64,000 nt of DNA, from positions 949,644 to 1,013,643 of the forward strand of contig OX437086.1 in NCBI GenBank assembly GCA_949299565.1. Reading direction: 5' to 3'. The number at the start of each line of letters is the position of its first letter. Position 1 is the first letter of the stretch. Positions 1-9,361 of this stretch are shown here, piece by piece. The DNA is from an uncultured Bacillota bacterium (lineage in GTDB: Bacteria; Bacillota_I; Bacilli_A; RFN20; CAG-826). The translations under genes and the position numbers were made by a program. The notes beneath the pieces are model-generated. The model was not told the origin of the DNA. It saw nothing but the letters and a program-made list of their open reading frames with translations, and made no database searches.

Positions 1-677
1 GCACCCCACGCCCGAATTAAAAGATCTTGTCGCTTTTCTTTCGAATAACGCCCGGTGCATAAAATTGTGAATTTCTTGTCAAACGGCGATTCTCGTTCAA
101 CATCAAGGCGGTGAAAATCGCTGGAAACGCCATTGGATATCACGTACCCGTTGGTTTTGGCATGAACCGTCTTTTCAAAGACATCGCGAATAAACTGCGT
201 CGGATAATGGACTGCATCAACATAACGATATAACTGATTGTAGAAATTTTGATAAACAAAGCGATTGACGCGCGCGCTGCCCATAAAGTTAAAAAAATGC
301 GAAGTGACGTTCTCAGCCTGGACGTGAAAGCCGGCTGAACAAGGAATTCCCAACTTAAAGGCAAGTTTTGCCGCTACGCGGCCTAAAGTGAACGGCATCA
401 TGACATGAACTTCGTCTACGTCTTTAATCGCCCGCCCGATTTCCATAAGATCGGCTTTGGCAAGGACGACCTCATTATGATCGACGATTCTCTGAAAAGG
501 GCCGAATGTCATTACCGGCATCACGTAAAAGCCCTTCTTTCCTTTCTTATCCTTATCGGGACAAACACAGCGAACAGTGTGTCCTTTGCTAGAAAGAGTT
601 TGCATCAAATTGAGAGCCGCGATTGTCGTGCCGTTATTCGGTGCACCCAAAACGTCGGCAACCACAGTGACAATCAT
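1..677 (-). CDS. GT4-family glycosyltransferase (runs off the window start; missing from the ORF track)
   Basis: Manual translation from ATG 677 (SD AAGGAGG upstream) gives MIVTVVADVLGAPNNGTTIAALNL...GHTVRCVCP...HVMMPF...FHVQAEN...VISNGV...TGRYSKEKRQDLLIRA, typical GT-B/GT4 motifs, open to position 1. Confidence 0.85.
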   Translation of the reverse strand, partial: MIVTVVADVLGAPNNGTTIAALNLMQTLSSKGHTVRCVCPDKDKKGKKGFYVMPVMTFGPFQRIVDHNEVVLAKADLMEIGRAIKDVDEVHVMMPFTLGRVAAKLAFKLGIPCSAGFHVQAENVTSHFFNFMGSARVNRFVYQNFYNQLYRYVDAVHYPTQFIRDVFEKTVHAKTNGYVISNGVSSDFHRLDVERESPFDKKFTILCTGRYSKEKRQDLLIRAWG

Positions 678-838
678 ATTTTCCTCCTTCGATAAAATGG
701 TTATATGGTTTCTAGAACCTCAGTTTGTATTGTAGAGATAGAAAAATAAAGATGCAAAGAAAGGTTCTCTAATGCTTTTTCTTCAATTAGTAGAGAGGTT
801 TCAAAGAGTAGAATCCTCAAAAATATCTCAAAAAAACT

Positions 839-1966
839 TCACTTAAGCCATGTTTCGCGGTTTATAACTGAAACATATTTTTCAACAATATCCGCGACTT
901 TTCGGCTGACATCAGTGAAGGAATAATCAGGAACGATTGTCTTTGGCTCTTTACCCTCCTCAAAAAGCGTTTTGATCCGCTTTAAAGAGAGAGAAATCGA
1001 TTCATAACTAACGCCTCCAAGCGCGATTGAACCGTGAATTAAGCCTTCTTGTCGTTCAGTCGAAGTTCTAATGAGGACAGCGGGAAAATGGAAAATGCTT
1101 GACTCTTCTGTCAGGGTTCCCGAATCGCTTAAAACTGCATAAGCGTTTTCTTGCAATTTACAATATTCAAAGAAGCCTAAGGGTTTACTGGGGACAATAT
1201 ATTTAGAAAGAGGGAATCCTCGTTCCTCAAAGCGTTTTCGCGTTCGCGGATGAACTGAGAAAATAACAGGCATTTTATATTCATCGGCGATACGGTTAAG
1301 AGCCGGATAAAGCGACCAAAATTTCTTCTCAATATCAACATTTTCTTCACGGTGTGCACTCATGACCAAATAATGGTTTTTTTCTAATTTCAAATCTTCA
1401 AGAACACGGCTATTTTCAATCTCATCTCGGTGAGCGTTGATGACTTCTAACATCGGGGAACCGGTTTTAAAGGTTCGCTTAGCCGAAAGCCCTTCCTTCA
1501 TGAGGTTTCCATAAGCGTAGTCGCTGTAAGGGAGATTGATGTCGCTTATATGGTCGACAATTGTGCGATTTGTCATCTCGGCGACATTCCAATCCCAGCA
1601 ACGATTGCCGGCCTCCATATGAAAAATCGGGCATTTCAAACGTTTGGCGCTGATTGCAGACAAGGCACTATTAGTGTCCCCGAGAATTAAAACCGCATCA
1701 GGCTTAACTTCATTCAATAGATCATAGCTTTTGGCAAGCACGTTTCCCATCGTTTCGCCTAGATTTTTACCGACACAGTTTAAATAATAATCTGGCTTTC
1801 TTAGCCCAAGCTCCTCGAAAAAAATCTGATTGAGTTCATAATCGTAATTTTGACCCGTGTGCACTAAAACATGCGCAAAACGCCTCTCAAATTCCTTAAT
1901 TACTTCACTTAAACGAATAATTTCAGGGCGCGTGCCGAGAATCGTCATCACTTTAAGTTTTTTCAT
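839..1966 (-). CDS. fnlC: Non-hydrolysing UDP-N-acetylhexosamine 2-epimerase (FnlC/CapG type)
   Basis: GTRPEIIR, HTGQNY, GDTNS, HMEAGNR and SDSGTLTEE motifs; third gene of the fnlABC trio. Confidence 0.9.
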   Translation of the reverse strand: MKKLKVMTILGTRPEIIRLSEVIKEFERRFAHVLVHTGQNYDYELNQIFFEELGLRKPDYYLNCVGKNLGETMGNVLAKSYDLLNEVKPDAVLILGDTNSALSAISAKRLKCPIFHMEAGNRCWDWNVAEMTNRTIVDHISDINLPYSDYAYGNLMKEGLSAKRTFKTGSPMLEVINAHRDEIENSRVLEDLKLEKNHYLVMSAHREENVDIEKKFWSLYPALNRIADEYKMPVIFSVHPRTRKRFEERGFPLSKYIVPSKPLGFFEYCKLQENAYAVLSDSGTLTEESSIFHFPAVLIRTSTERQEGLIHGSIALGGVSYESISLSLKRIKTLFEEGKEPKTIVPDYSFTDVSRKVADIVEKYVSVINRETWLK

Positions 1967-3084
1967 TTTTCTTTCTCCACTAACATCGGATACGTATCCG
2001 GGTTCATCGGGTCATAGAGTTCATTGGCCCACATAAGCGTCAAAGAATCTTCAGAGCCGATATTTTCAATGCTGTGCACATAGCCTGGAGGAATATCAAT
2101 GACTTTAAATTCTTGATCATCAGCAATAATCTCTTGCACCTTCTCTTGATCGATTCTCCGTAATTTAATGAGGCATTTGCCCTTGATCACTAAATACTTT
2201 TCGTTTTTCGTGTGGTGATAATGGTTGCCCTTCACGATTCCCGGCTTCCCGATGTTCAGTGAAATTTGTCCCTCATTTGGACTCTTAAATATTTCCGTGA
2301 ATGATCCGCGGTTATCGACATGCGAAAGGAGAGGATAAGTCAATTTATCTTCATCTAAATATGTTAAATATGTCGCATAAAGTTTCTTTGCAAAATCATT
2401 TTTTTGATTTGGCAAAAAGAAGTTCTCACGTGAATTTTTAAAAGAAAGAAGGAGATCTGCTACTTCCTCTAAACGACAAGAATAATGGGGTTCTACGTAA
2501 TTTATAGTGCCTTCTTTTGCCTTTTTTTGACTTTCTAATAAAGAGAGGAATTCTTTGCAAATATCGTCTATATAAACAAAATCAATGGCTGGCGCGTCTT
2601 TATTGATCGTCAACGGCAAATCATGCGCGACGTTATAGCAAAATGTCGCGATTACTGAATTATATTGCGGACGTGACCATTTGCCAAAAACGTTATAAAG
2701 ACGATATACATAAATCGGCACGCCTTCTTCTTTGGCGAAAAGGAAAAGCATCTCTTCGGCCATTCTCTTCGAGATTCCGTACGGCGTTGTTCTTTCCGCG
2801 TGGGTTGAAGAAGAAAAGACAAGCGGCACTTTAATTTGATACTTCTTAAGCGTTTCTAAAAGGCGTTCTGTGAAGTTCACGTTCCCGTCTTTAAATTCAT
2901 CATCATTTAAAGGACGATTGATGCCGGCTAAATGAAAAATGAAGTCGCATTCTCTTACATATTGATCGAGATCAGATGGTTTATTGTCGAGATCATAGGC
3001 TAAAACCTGATGATTGTGGCTCAAAAGAAAAGCACAAAGATTTTTGCCAATAAAGCCGCGAGCACCTGTTACTAAAACTTTCAT
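1963..3084 (-). CDS. fnlB: UDP-2-acetamido-2,6-dideoxy-hexulose reductase with C-terminal cupin (FnlB/CapF)
   Basis: TGARGFIG, YGISK, NVFGKW..P.YNS, and cupin GNHYHHTKNEK...PPGYVHSIEN. Confidence 0.9.
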   Translation of the reverse strand: MKVLVTGARGFIGKNLCAFLLSHNHQVLAYDLDNKPSDLDQYVRECDFIFHLAGINRPLNDDEFKDGNVNFTERLLETLKKYQIKVPLVFSSSTHAERTTPYGISKRMAEEMLFLFAKEEGVPIYVYRLYNVFGKWSRPQYNSVIATFCYNVAHDLPLTINKDAPAIDFVYIDDICKEFLSLLESQKKAKEGTINYVEPHYSCRLEEVADLLLSFKNSRENFFLPNQKNDFAKKLYATYLTYLDEDKLTYPLLSHVDNRGSFTEIFKSPNEGQISLNIGKPGIVKGNHYHHTKNEKYLVIKGKCLIKLRRIDQEKVQEIIADDQEFKVIDIPPGYVHSIENIGSEDSLTLMWANELYDPMNPDTYPMLVEKEK

Positions 3085-3092
3085 CGCTAAAT

Positions 3093-4097
3093 TTACTGAA
3101 AAAGATCAAGCCTAAGCAGTTCTTTCTTCATTCCTTCCACATCAAGTCGTGTCGTGTTATGCGAGGTGTATGATTCTCCCAGATTTAAAATCTTGTTGCC
3201 TTTTTCAACATATTTATCGTAATTCAAATCGCGGTTATCCGCTTGAATGCGGAAGAAATGTCCTTCGTCGATCGCTCTTAACATCTCCTCTTGCGTCACG
3301 AGAGTTTCATAAAGTTTTTCGCCGTGCCGTGTCCCGATATATTCAATTCCAGTTTTGCTGTTCGTTAATTCAATAACAGCCTTGGCTAAAGTATCAATTG
3401 TCGCTGCCGGCGCTTTCTGGACGAACAAATCGCCTTGTTCACCATGTTCAAAAGCAAAAAGGACGAGATCCACTGCATCAGATAACGTCATCATGAAGCG
3501 CGTCATTTCAGGATTGGTGATTGTAATCGGACGTCCTTCTTTGATTTGTTCGAGAAAAAGCGGAATTACCGAACCGCGAGATGCCATAACGTTTCCATAA
3601 CGCGTAAGACATAAAATCGTGTCGCCCTTCAACATTTGTCGACTTCTGGCGATGACGTTTTTCTCCATTAAAGCTTTTGTCATTCCCATCGCATTTATCG
3701 GATAAGCTGCTTTGTCTGTCGAAAGGAAAATGGCTTTTTTTACATGATTTTCGACGCAGGCCGTAATGACGTTATCGCTTCCGATGACGTTGGTTTTTAA
3801 AGCTTCCATCGGATAAAATTCGCACGAAGGAACTTGCTTTAAGGCTGCCGCTGAAAAAACATAATCAACGCCGCGGAAGGCATTGACAATCGCCCGATAG
3901 TCACGGACATCCCCGATATAAAATTTTAATTTGTCGTTGTTATAATGCTTCCGCATGTCGTCTTGTTTTTTTTCGTCGCGCGAAAGAACACGAATTTCCT
4001 TAATATCTGTCTTCAAAAAGCGATCAACAACCGCATGACCAAAAGAGCCGGTTCCTCCAGTAACGAGAAGCACTTTGCCATCGAATAAATCAGCCAT
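3093..4097 (-). CDS. fnlA: UDP-GlcNAc 4,6-dehydratase/5-epimerase (FnlA/CapE)
   Basis: TGGTGSFG, SRDEKKQ, AALKQVPSCEF, STDKA and RYGNVMASRGSVIP motifs. Confidence 0.92.
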   Translation of the reverse strand: MADLFDGKVLLVTGGTGSFGHAVVDRFLKTDIKEIRVLSRDEKKQDDMRKHYNNDKLKFYIGDVRDYRAIVNAFRGVDYVFSAAALKQVPSCEFYPMEALKTNVIGSDNVITACVENHVKKAIFLSTDKAAYPINAMGMTKALMEKNVIARSRQMLKGDTILCLTRYGNVMASRGSVIPLFLEQIKEGRPITITNPEMTRFMMTLSDAVDLVLFAFEHGEQGDLFVQKAPAATIDTLAKAVIELTNSKTGIEYIGTRHGEKLYETLVTQEEMLRAIDEGHFFRIQADNRDLNYDKYVEKGNKILNLGESYTSHNTTRLDVEGMKKELLRLDLFQ

Positions 4098-4163
4098 TTT
4101 TATCTCCTTATATCCCCTTGATATTATGCCAGTAAAAGAGTTTTTTCCATAAAAAGTAAAGCC

Positions 4164-4894
4164 TCAATCTTTCTTGGCGCGGATGATGAGCATCATCGGT
4201 CGTCTTAATTCATCTTTCATTCCAGGAAGTGACAACATCTCTTCTTTCGGAGTTGGCTCTATAACTCTTTCAATTTTGAAGCCATAATCAAGCAAAAGAG
4301 AAAAATATGTCGTCAATGTTCGATGATATTTTTTGACTTTTGTTCCAAGAAAATTCGTCAGGCGTTCGCCTTCATAAAAATAATTATCAAGGGGGAAATG
4401 CTGGATCTTACCATTATTGTCGTAAATCCAATCTTCGCTTCCTTCAGCGGTAAAAAGAGGGTGTTCCACGCTGAAAATAAAAAGTCCTCCGCTTTTGAGG
4501 AAAGAGAAAATTTTATGAAAGACGGAACTTAAATCTTCAACATAGTGAAGGGAAAGAGAACTAAAAATCACATCGAAACTTTCAGGTGGAAAATCCATCT
4601 CTTCCATTGCCTTCAAACAATAAATGATTTTCGGATCGTAATTGCGCTTTTCCGCCTCGTTTAGCATCGCAAGCGAACTGTCGAGTGCGTGTAAACCGCC
4701 TTTGCTCCATGTTCAACCATGTATTTGGCGTGCCAGCCATATCCTGATCCTAAATCTAAGATCGTTTTCCCTTCAAAAGAAGGAAGAACTCTTTTTAAAC
4801 TTTCCCACTCGCCAGCACCTTCTAAACCTTCTTTAGAGCGCGTCATTTCGCTGTATTTTTTAAAGAATGAGGGATTGTCATAGATGTTTTTCAT
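4164..4894 (-). pseudogene. Class I SAM-dependent methyltransferase split by a 2-nt insertion
   Basis: The N-half has LDLGSGYG and the C-half has FDVIFSSLSLHY and YHRTL. Removing one AC from TAC-AC-GCA (4689-4692) restores AVYALDSSLAMLNEA. Confidence 0.8.
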
Positions 4895-4903
4895 AAAATT
4901 CTT

Positions 4904-5569
4904 TTAACGTTTTTTGAGAAGCAAATCAATTTGTTGTTCAACCTCAACTAAATTATTGGAGGTAAGAAGCGGGATTAATTCGATAATCGTTTGACTATCG
5001 AAATCCCACCATTTCAATTCCAAAAGTTTCTTGCGAAGCGACTCATGAAAACGATATTTAACGAAGTGCGCGGGGTTTCCAACGACAACGCTGTATGGCT
5101 CAACATTTTTAGCAACAATCGCGTAAGCCCCGACAATCGCGCCATCGCCGATCTTCACGCCCGGCATGATGACCGCATTATGTCCGATCCAAACATCGTT
5201 CCCGACCACGATATCGCCCTTATTTGGTAGATCCTCAATGTGCGGAGTGCTAATCTCCTCCCATAGACCGCCTAAAACGTTAAAAGGATATGTTGTCGCA
5301 GTGTTGAGGCGATGATTTGCAGCGTTCATGATAAAAGTCGCGCCCTTCGCTATTTGCACAAATTTTCCAATTATCAAGCGGTCATGAAGAAATGGATAAT
5401 TAAATAAAGCATTCCGTTTTTCGAATTCCAAAGGATGTTCATCATCGTCATAATACGTGTAATCTCCGACGATGATATTTGGCGCTTTCACAATATTTTT
5501 AAGAAAAACTGAAGTTTTGTATTTCGTTGCATAAATTTCAGAGGGATTTGGGATTTCACCTTCCATCAT
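4904..5569 (-). CDS. Vat/CatB-family hexapeptide xenobiotic O-acetyltransferase
   Basis: NIIVGDYTYYDD, LIIGKFVQIA, ANH, YPF, GNDVWIG, VGNPA and LKWWD motifs; SD AGGAGG before ATG 5569. Confidence 0.85.
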   Translation of the reverse strand: MMEGEIPNPSEIYATKYKTSVFLKNIVKAPNIIVGDYTYYDDDEHPLEFEKRNALFNYPFLHDRLIIGKFVQIAKGATFIMNAANHRLNTATTYPFNVLGGLWEEISTPHIEDLPNKGDIVVGNDVWIGHNAVIMPGVKIGDGAIVGAYAIVAKNVEPYSVVVGNPAHFVKYRFHESLRKKLLELKWWDFDSQTIIELIPLLTSNNLVEVEQQIDLLLKKR

Positions 5570-5616
5570 AAAATCCTCCTTAAAAGCTATTATTCGTTTT
5601 AATGATAACAAAACGA

Positions 5617-6287
5617 CTAATTTATTTTATCTCTATTCAATTTAAGTTTCTCTTTTCGATATTTAAGAAGGAGAAGAATGGCGAATGTGATCATCAAAAG
5701 GCTCGCGAATATTACAATTAAACCATTCCCGATGTTATGTTGATTTTCATCTTTTAATGACAATAAGGCAAATTGCGTTAAAACAAAAACCGTCGCAAGA
5801 GAAGAACAAGACAAATAATTATTCGCTCTTTGAAAGGGATCGTGATTTTGACGATTCTTGTAAAGACTATAAATGTTGATGCCTAGTTGAATAAAAGCAA
5901 AAGTTACAATCGCTATTGCGTAGATCGTTCCATAACTTTTTGGCGTTCCTAAAAAGAAATAAATAATGTTATACGTGCCATAACTTAGAGCTGAAAAGAA
6001 AAGCAGAAGCGCAACGGCCAAAAGAATTCGCACCTTTTGTTTTGATCTTTTTTCTCTCCTTTGAAAATAAGAAAACGCGCAACATTAAGAAAGAAGCCGT
6101 AGAAACAGTCGACCCAAAGAAAGGAAGAACCAGAGATAATCGCTAAAACCAGTTTCCCAATATTGAGTGCGATTAAAACAAGAGGGCGTAAAAACAAAAA
6201 AGTCCTCTTTCCTTTCGCTAAAAATCTTTGACCTTTTCCTTGCATTGCACCTTCATCTCATCAAATAAAGTTATTTTGAGTTGCCAT
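5617..6287 (-). pseudogene. Frameshifted multi-pass membrane protein
   Basis: Two overlapping hydrophobic ORFs (5985-6245 and 5617-6033) are joined by adding one A in an A-run near 6035-6053. The SD-led ATG at 6287 is followed by in-frame TGA TGA. Confidence 0.55.
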
Positions 6288-6662
6288 CTTCCTTTCGCCT
6301 TTCGACTACGCACTTATTTAAATTGCCAGAAAAAGAGAAAGGAACGACAAAAAACAGGCAAAAGTGTCGGATTAAGAGTATTAAATGATAAAAGTTAGGA
6401 TAGCGCCTTCGGATAAAATGTCTTTGCGCTTATATCAACTTTTCCTTACCAAAAAAACATCAAGTTTATGTCTACTAAAATTAATTATTCGGCGTATAAA
6501 TGCAGTTTGATTGATTTTCAATGTAACTTAATTTTAAAACGCTTTGAATGTTATGAATTGAACTCTAAAAGAGGCATTTAAAACCTTCCTTATTGCACAA
6601 TAGATTTCTTAGATTTCGATAAATTATCGGATTTAGAAGACTGCTTATCAAATAAAATAAAA

Positions 6663-6690
6663 ATGCCTACTACTTACGAATAGTAGACAT
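6663..6690 (-). terminator. Intrinsic terminator of tRNA-Glu
   Basis: Stem ATGTCTACTA...TAGTAGGCAT followed by a T-run on the minus strand. Confidence 0.7.
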
Positions 6691-6702
6691 CTCGTTTCTT
6701 TA

Positions 6703-6777
6703 TGGTGACCCAGCCGGGAGTCGAACCCGGGATTCAACCTTGAGAGGGTTGCGTCTTAACCACTTGACCACAGGGCC
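6703..6777 (-). tRNA. tRNA-Glu(CTC)
   Basis: GGCCCTGTGGTCAAGTGGTTAAGACGCAACC-CTCTCAA-GGTTG...TTCGACT...CCA cloverleaf. Confidence 0.93.
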
Positions 6778-6832
6778 AGCCATGAAATTAAAGCACCGCT
6801 CCTAGGCAAAAACAAGCAAAAAAGGAAAATGA

Positions 6833-8482
6833 TTAGAAGGAAAGAAGGCGACGTTTTGTCTCCTCTTCACCCAATATTTCAATAACCTCGTGAAGATTTG
6901 GTGACTCCTTCGCGCACGTTAAGGCTAAACGCAAAATCTCCGCTGCCATTGCCATATTTCCCCGATAATTAGTTGGATTGAGTTTATATTCTTTGTTTTG
7001 AACGGCAAAATTGAATTTTTTGGCAACTTCTTTAACTGAATTCCACCAACTGCTTTCATCAACGTGATAAGCCATTTCATTCGCTAAAACATTTAAATAT
7101 TCATGAATGAATTCGGAATCGAAAGAGGAATCAAATGTTAAAGGAGTTTCGCGCATCTTCATATAATCTTCAGGGAAGAAGAAAGAAGTAAGACGCACGA
7201 TGTCTTCATAGGTTGCATAGTCCTTACGCGGATTCAGCCGTTCTTTCTCGATATCAAGAATTTTTGCTAAATATTCTTCGCGTCCTTCTACTTTTTTAGC
7301 AAACACAGGCGCATATTCTTTCGCCCAACGAAGAAGCGGCTCAATTAAATCCTTTCCTTTTTGCGTCGCTAACCACTCCTTTGAAAAATAGGTCAATTTA
7401 TCGAGATCCATTAAAGCACCGTCAAGCGACATCTTCTTTAAAGAAAAGACGAATTTATCTAAATCAAGCGAATGATTTTCTAATGACCACTCCTCGAAAT
7501 TAGAATTGGCGATGCTCATAAGATAAAGCAATAAACCTTGAGGCGGATAACCTTTCTCTAAGAAATAGGAGACGGCGGCTTCCGGATCTTTTCTCTTTGA
7601 AAGTTTGCGTTTATTGCCGTGATCAAGTTTCATGATGACTGGTAAATGCGCGTATTTTGGCGCTTGAAAACCAAGAACGCGGAAAAGCTCCAAATGGATA
7701 GGCGTTGAAGGAATCCATTCCTCTCCTCGCGTCACTAAATTAGTTCCCATGAGATGATCATCAATTGCGTGGGCAAAATGATATGTCGGTAAACCATCAC
7801 TTTTTAAAATTACAATGTCAACATCGTTATCAGCGATTTCTAGATTGCCGCGAATTTCGTCATGAAAAGTAATCTTATGGTTGTGATCGCCTTCGCTTCT
7901 TAGACGAATAACCCACGGTTTTCCTTCTTTTATGTATTGGATTTGTGTCTCGACGTTGAGATTGCGATCACGGGCATAAGCTCCATAATAACCGGGGAGA
8001 ATTTTATTTGCTTCTTGGAAATCACGGATTGCTTGGAGCTCGCTGGCAGTGCAAAAATCTGGATAAGCTCTTCCTTTTCGCACTAAATCTTTGACAAACA
8101 CTTTATAAATGTCGCCTCTGAGCGATTGTCGATACGGGGCATAAGCGCCTTTTTCGCCATCGGGTGTAAAGCCTTCGTCCGCAATAATCCCAAACTTTGC
8201 CAATTGCGTAATTAATTCCTGCGCACTGCCCTGGATTGTCCTTTTTGTATCCGTATCTTCAATCCGCAAAAAGAAAACGCCATCGCTTTGTTTTGCAAGT
8301 TTATAAGCTAAAAAAGCCGTAAAGAGACTGCCGGTATGGAGAAAGCCTGTCGGAGAAGGAGCAAAACGCGTGACGAGAGCGCCTTCTTTCAAGGAACGCT
8401 TCGGATATTGCTTTTCAATATCTTCTGGTGTTTTTTGCACTTCCGGAAAAAGCAATTCAGCTAATTCATAGTTGTCACTCAT
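6833..8482 (-). CDS. gltX: Glutamate--tRNA ligase
   Basis: RFAPSPTGFLHTG, LRIEDTD, RGEEW and KLSKR motifs. Confidence 0.95.
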   Translation of the reverse strand: MSDNYELAELLFPEVQKTPEDIEKQYPKRSLKEGALVTRFAPSPTGFLHTGSLFTAFLAYKLAKQSDGVFFLRIEDTDTKRTIQGSAQELITQLAKFGIIADEGFTPDGEKGAYAPYRQSLRGDIYKVFVKDLVRKGRAYPDFCTASELQAIRDFQEANKILPGYYGAYARDRNLNVETQIQYIKEGKPWVIRLRSEGDHNHKITFHDEIRGNLEIADNDVDIVILKSDGLPTYHFAHAIDDHLMGTNLVTRGEEWIPSTPIHLELFRVLGFQAPKYAHLPVIMKLDHGNKRKLSKRKDPEAAVSYFLEKGYPPQGLLLYLMSIANSNFEEWSLENHSLDLDKFVFSLKKMSLDGALMDLDKLTYFSKEWLATQKGKDLIEPLLRWAKEYAPVFAKKVEGREEYLAKILDIEKERLNPRKDYATYEDIVRLTSFFFPEDYMKMRETPLTFDSSFDSEFIHEYLNVLANEMAYHVDESSWWNSVKEVAKKFNFAVQNKEYKLNPTNYRGNMAMAAEILRLALTCAKESPNLHEVIEILGEEETKRRLLSF

Positions 8483-8532
8483 CTTCCTACTCCTTCTTTA
8501 ATCCGCCAAAGATTATAAGACACTACTTCTAC

Positions 8533-8561
8533 TTGCGAAACTTTTTTATGCTCTCTATAAT
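8533..8561 (+). promoter_or_regulatory. Sigma-A promoter of tRNA-Gly(GCC)
   Basis: TTGCGA-17 nt-TATAAT, 16 nt before the tRNA. Confidence 0.75.
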
Positions 8562-8577
8562 AAGCAACGCTCACCAT

Positions 8578-8651
8578 GCAGGTGTAGTTCAGTGGTAGAA
8601 CATTACCTTGCCAAGGTAACTATGCGGGTTCGATTCCCGTCACTTGCTCCA
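8578..8651 (+). tRNA. tRNA-Gly(GCC)
   Basis: GCAGGTGTAGTTCAGTGGTAGAACATTACC-TTGCCAA-GGTAA...TTCGATT...TCCA. Confidence 0.93.
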
Positions 8652-8661
8652 GAGCGTTATT

Positions 8662-8690
8662 AAACCCAGCATCAAACTGGGTTTTTCTTT
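8662..8690 (+). terminator. Intrinsic terminator after tRNA-Gly(GCC)
   Basis: AAACCCAG-catcaaa-CTGGGTTT followed by a T-rich tail. Confidence 0.75.
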
Positions 8691-8734
8691 ATTTTTTACA
8701 ATCTCAATCTATCTTTTGCTATAATCGACCCGCT

Positions 8735-9361
8735 ATGAAAAAAGAAGATCGACGTTATTTTAAAAAGCGGCAACGCGCTTATTTGGTTTTCAAACGCTTC
8801 TGCGATATCAGTTTGTCTTTCCTTGTTCTTCTCGTCTTCTCGTGGTTTTTGTTAATCATTTATCTGATTACTAAATGCACTTCCAAAGGACCTGGCATTT
8901 TTAAGCAACGCCGTGTCGGACGCAATATGAAGACTTATAACTGCTACAAATTTCGTTCGATGCGAATTGATGCCCCTCACTATCTAGCGCCCTCCGAAAT
9001 GCAAGAAAGCACCCAACAAAGCTATGTTACTAAATGGGGAAAGTTCATGCGCAAAACTTCGCTTGACGAACTTCCGCAACTTTTCAATATTTTAAAGGGC
9101 GACATGTCTTTTATCGGTCCGCGTCCTGCAACTGAACAAGAAGTTGAATTAAATGAAAAACGCGAATCTTACACTCCGCGTGTTTCTCTTTTGCGACCCG
9201 GCTTATCAGGTTTAGCGCAAGTGAAACTCAAAAGGCAGCATGACCCTCTCAAAAAAGCTGAATTAGACGCAGAATATGTGAAAAACGTTTCGTTTTCTTT
9301 AGATACTAAACTCTTTTTTAAAACTGCTTTTTCAATTTTTGGTTCCGAACAAGGGCGTTAA
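8735..9361 (+). CDS. Priming phosphoglycosyl (sugar) transferase
   Basis: KRFCDI, one TM segment, YKFRSM, SLDELPQLFNILKGDMSFIGPRP and PGLSGLAQV motifs. Confidence 0.9.
   Translation: MKKEDRRYFKKRQRAYLVFKRFCDISLSFLVLLVFSWFLLIIYLITKCTSKGPGIFKQRRVGRNMKTYNCYKFRSMRIDAPHYLAPSEMQESTQQSYVTKWGKFMRKTSLDELPQLFNILKGDMSFIGPRPATEQEVELNEKRESYTPRVSLLRPGLSGLAQVKLKRQHDPLKKAELDAEYVKNVSFSLDTKLFFKTAFSIFGSEQGR

Noticed and set aside
690-838. AT-rich gap between fnlC and the GT4 gene
   Set aside because: No convincing repeat, hairpin or ORF; probably promoter space.
6030-6060. Programmed -1 frameshift in the membrane gene
   Set aside because: No in-frame canonical slippery heptamer or stimulatory structure; neighbouring decay explains it better.
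6245-6287. In-frame TGA TGA suggesting UGA=Trp recoding
   Set aside because: Conserved genes (deoD, pyrH, uppS, fnlC) end at TGA at the expected lengths and use TGG for Trp.
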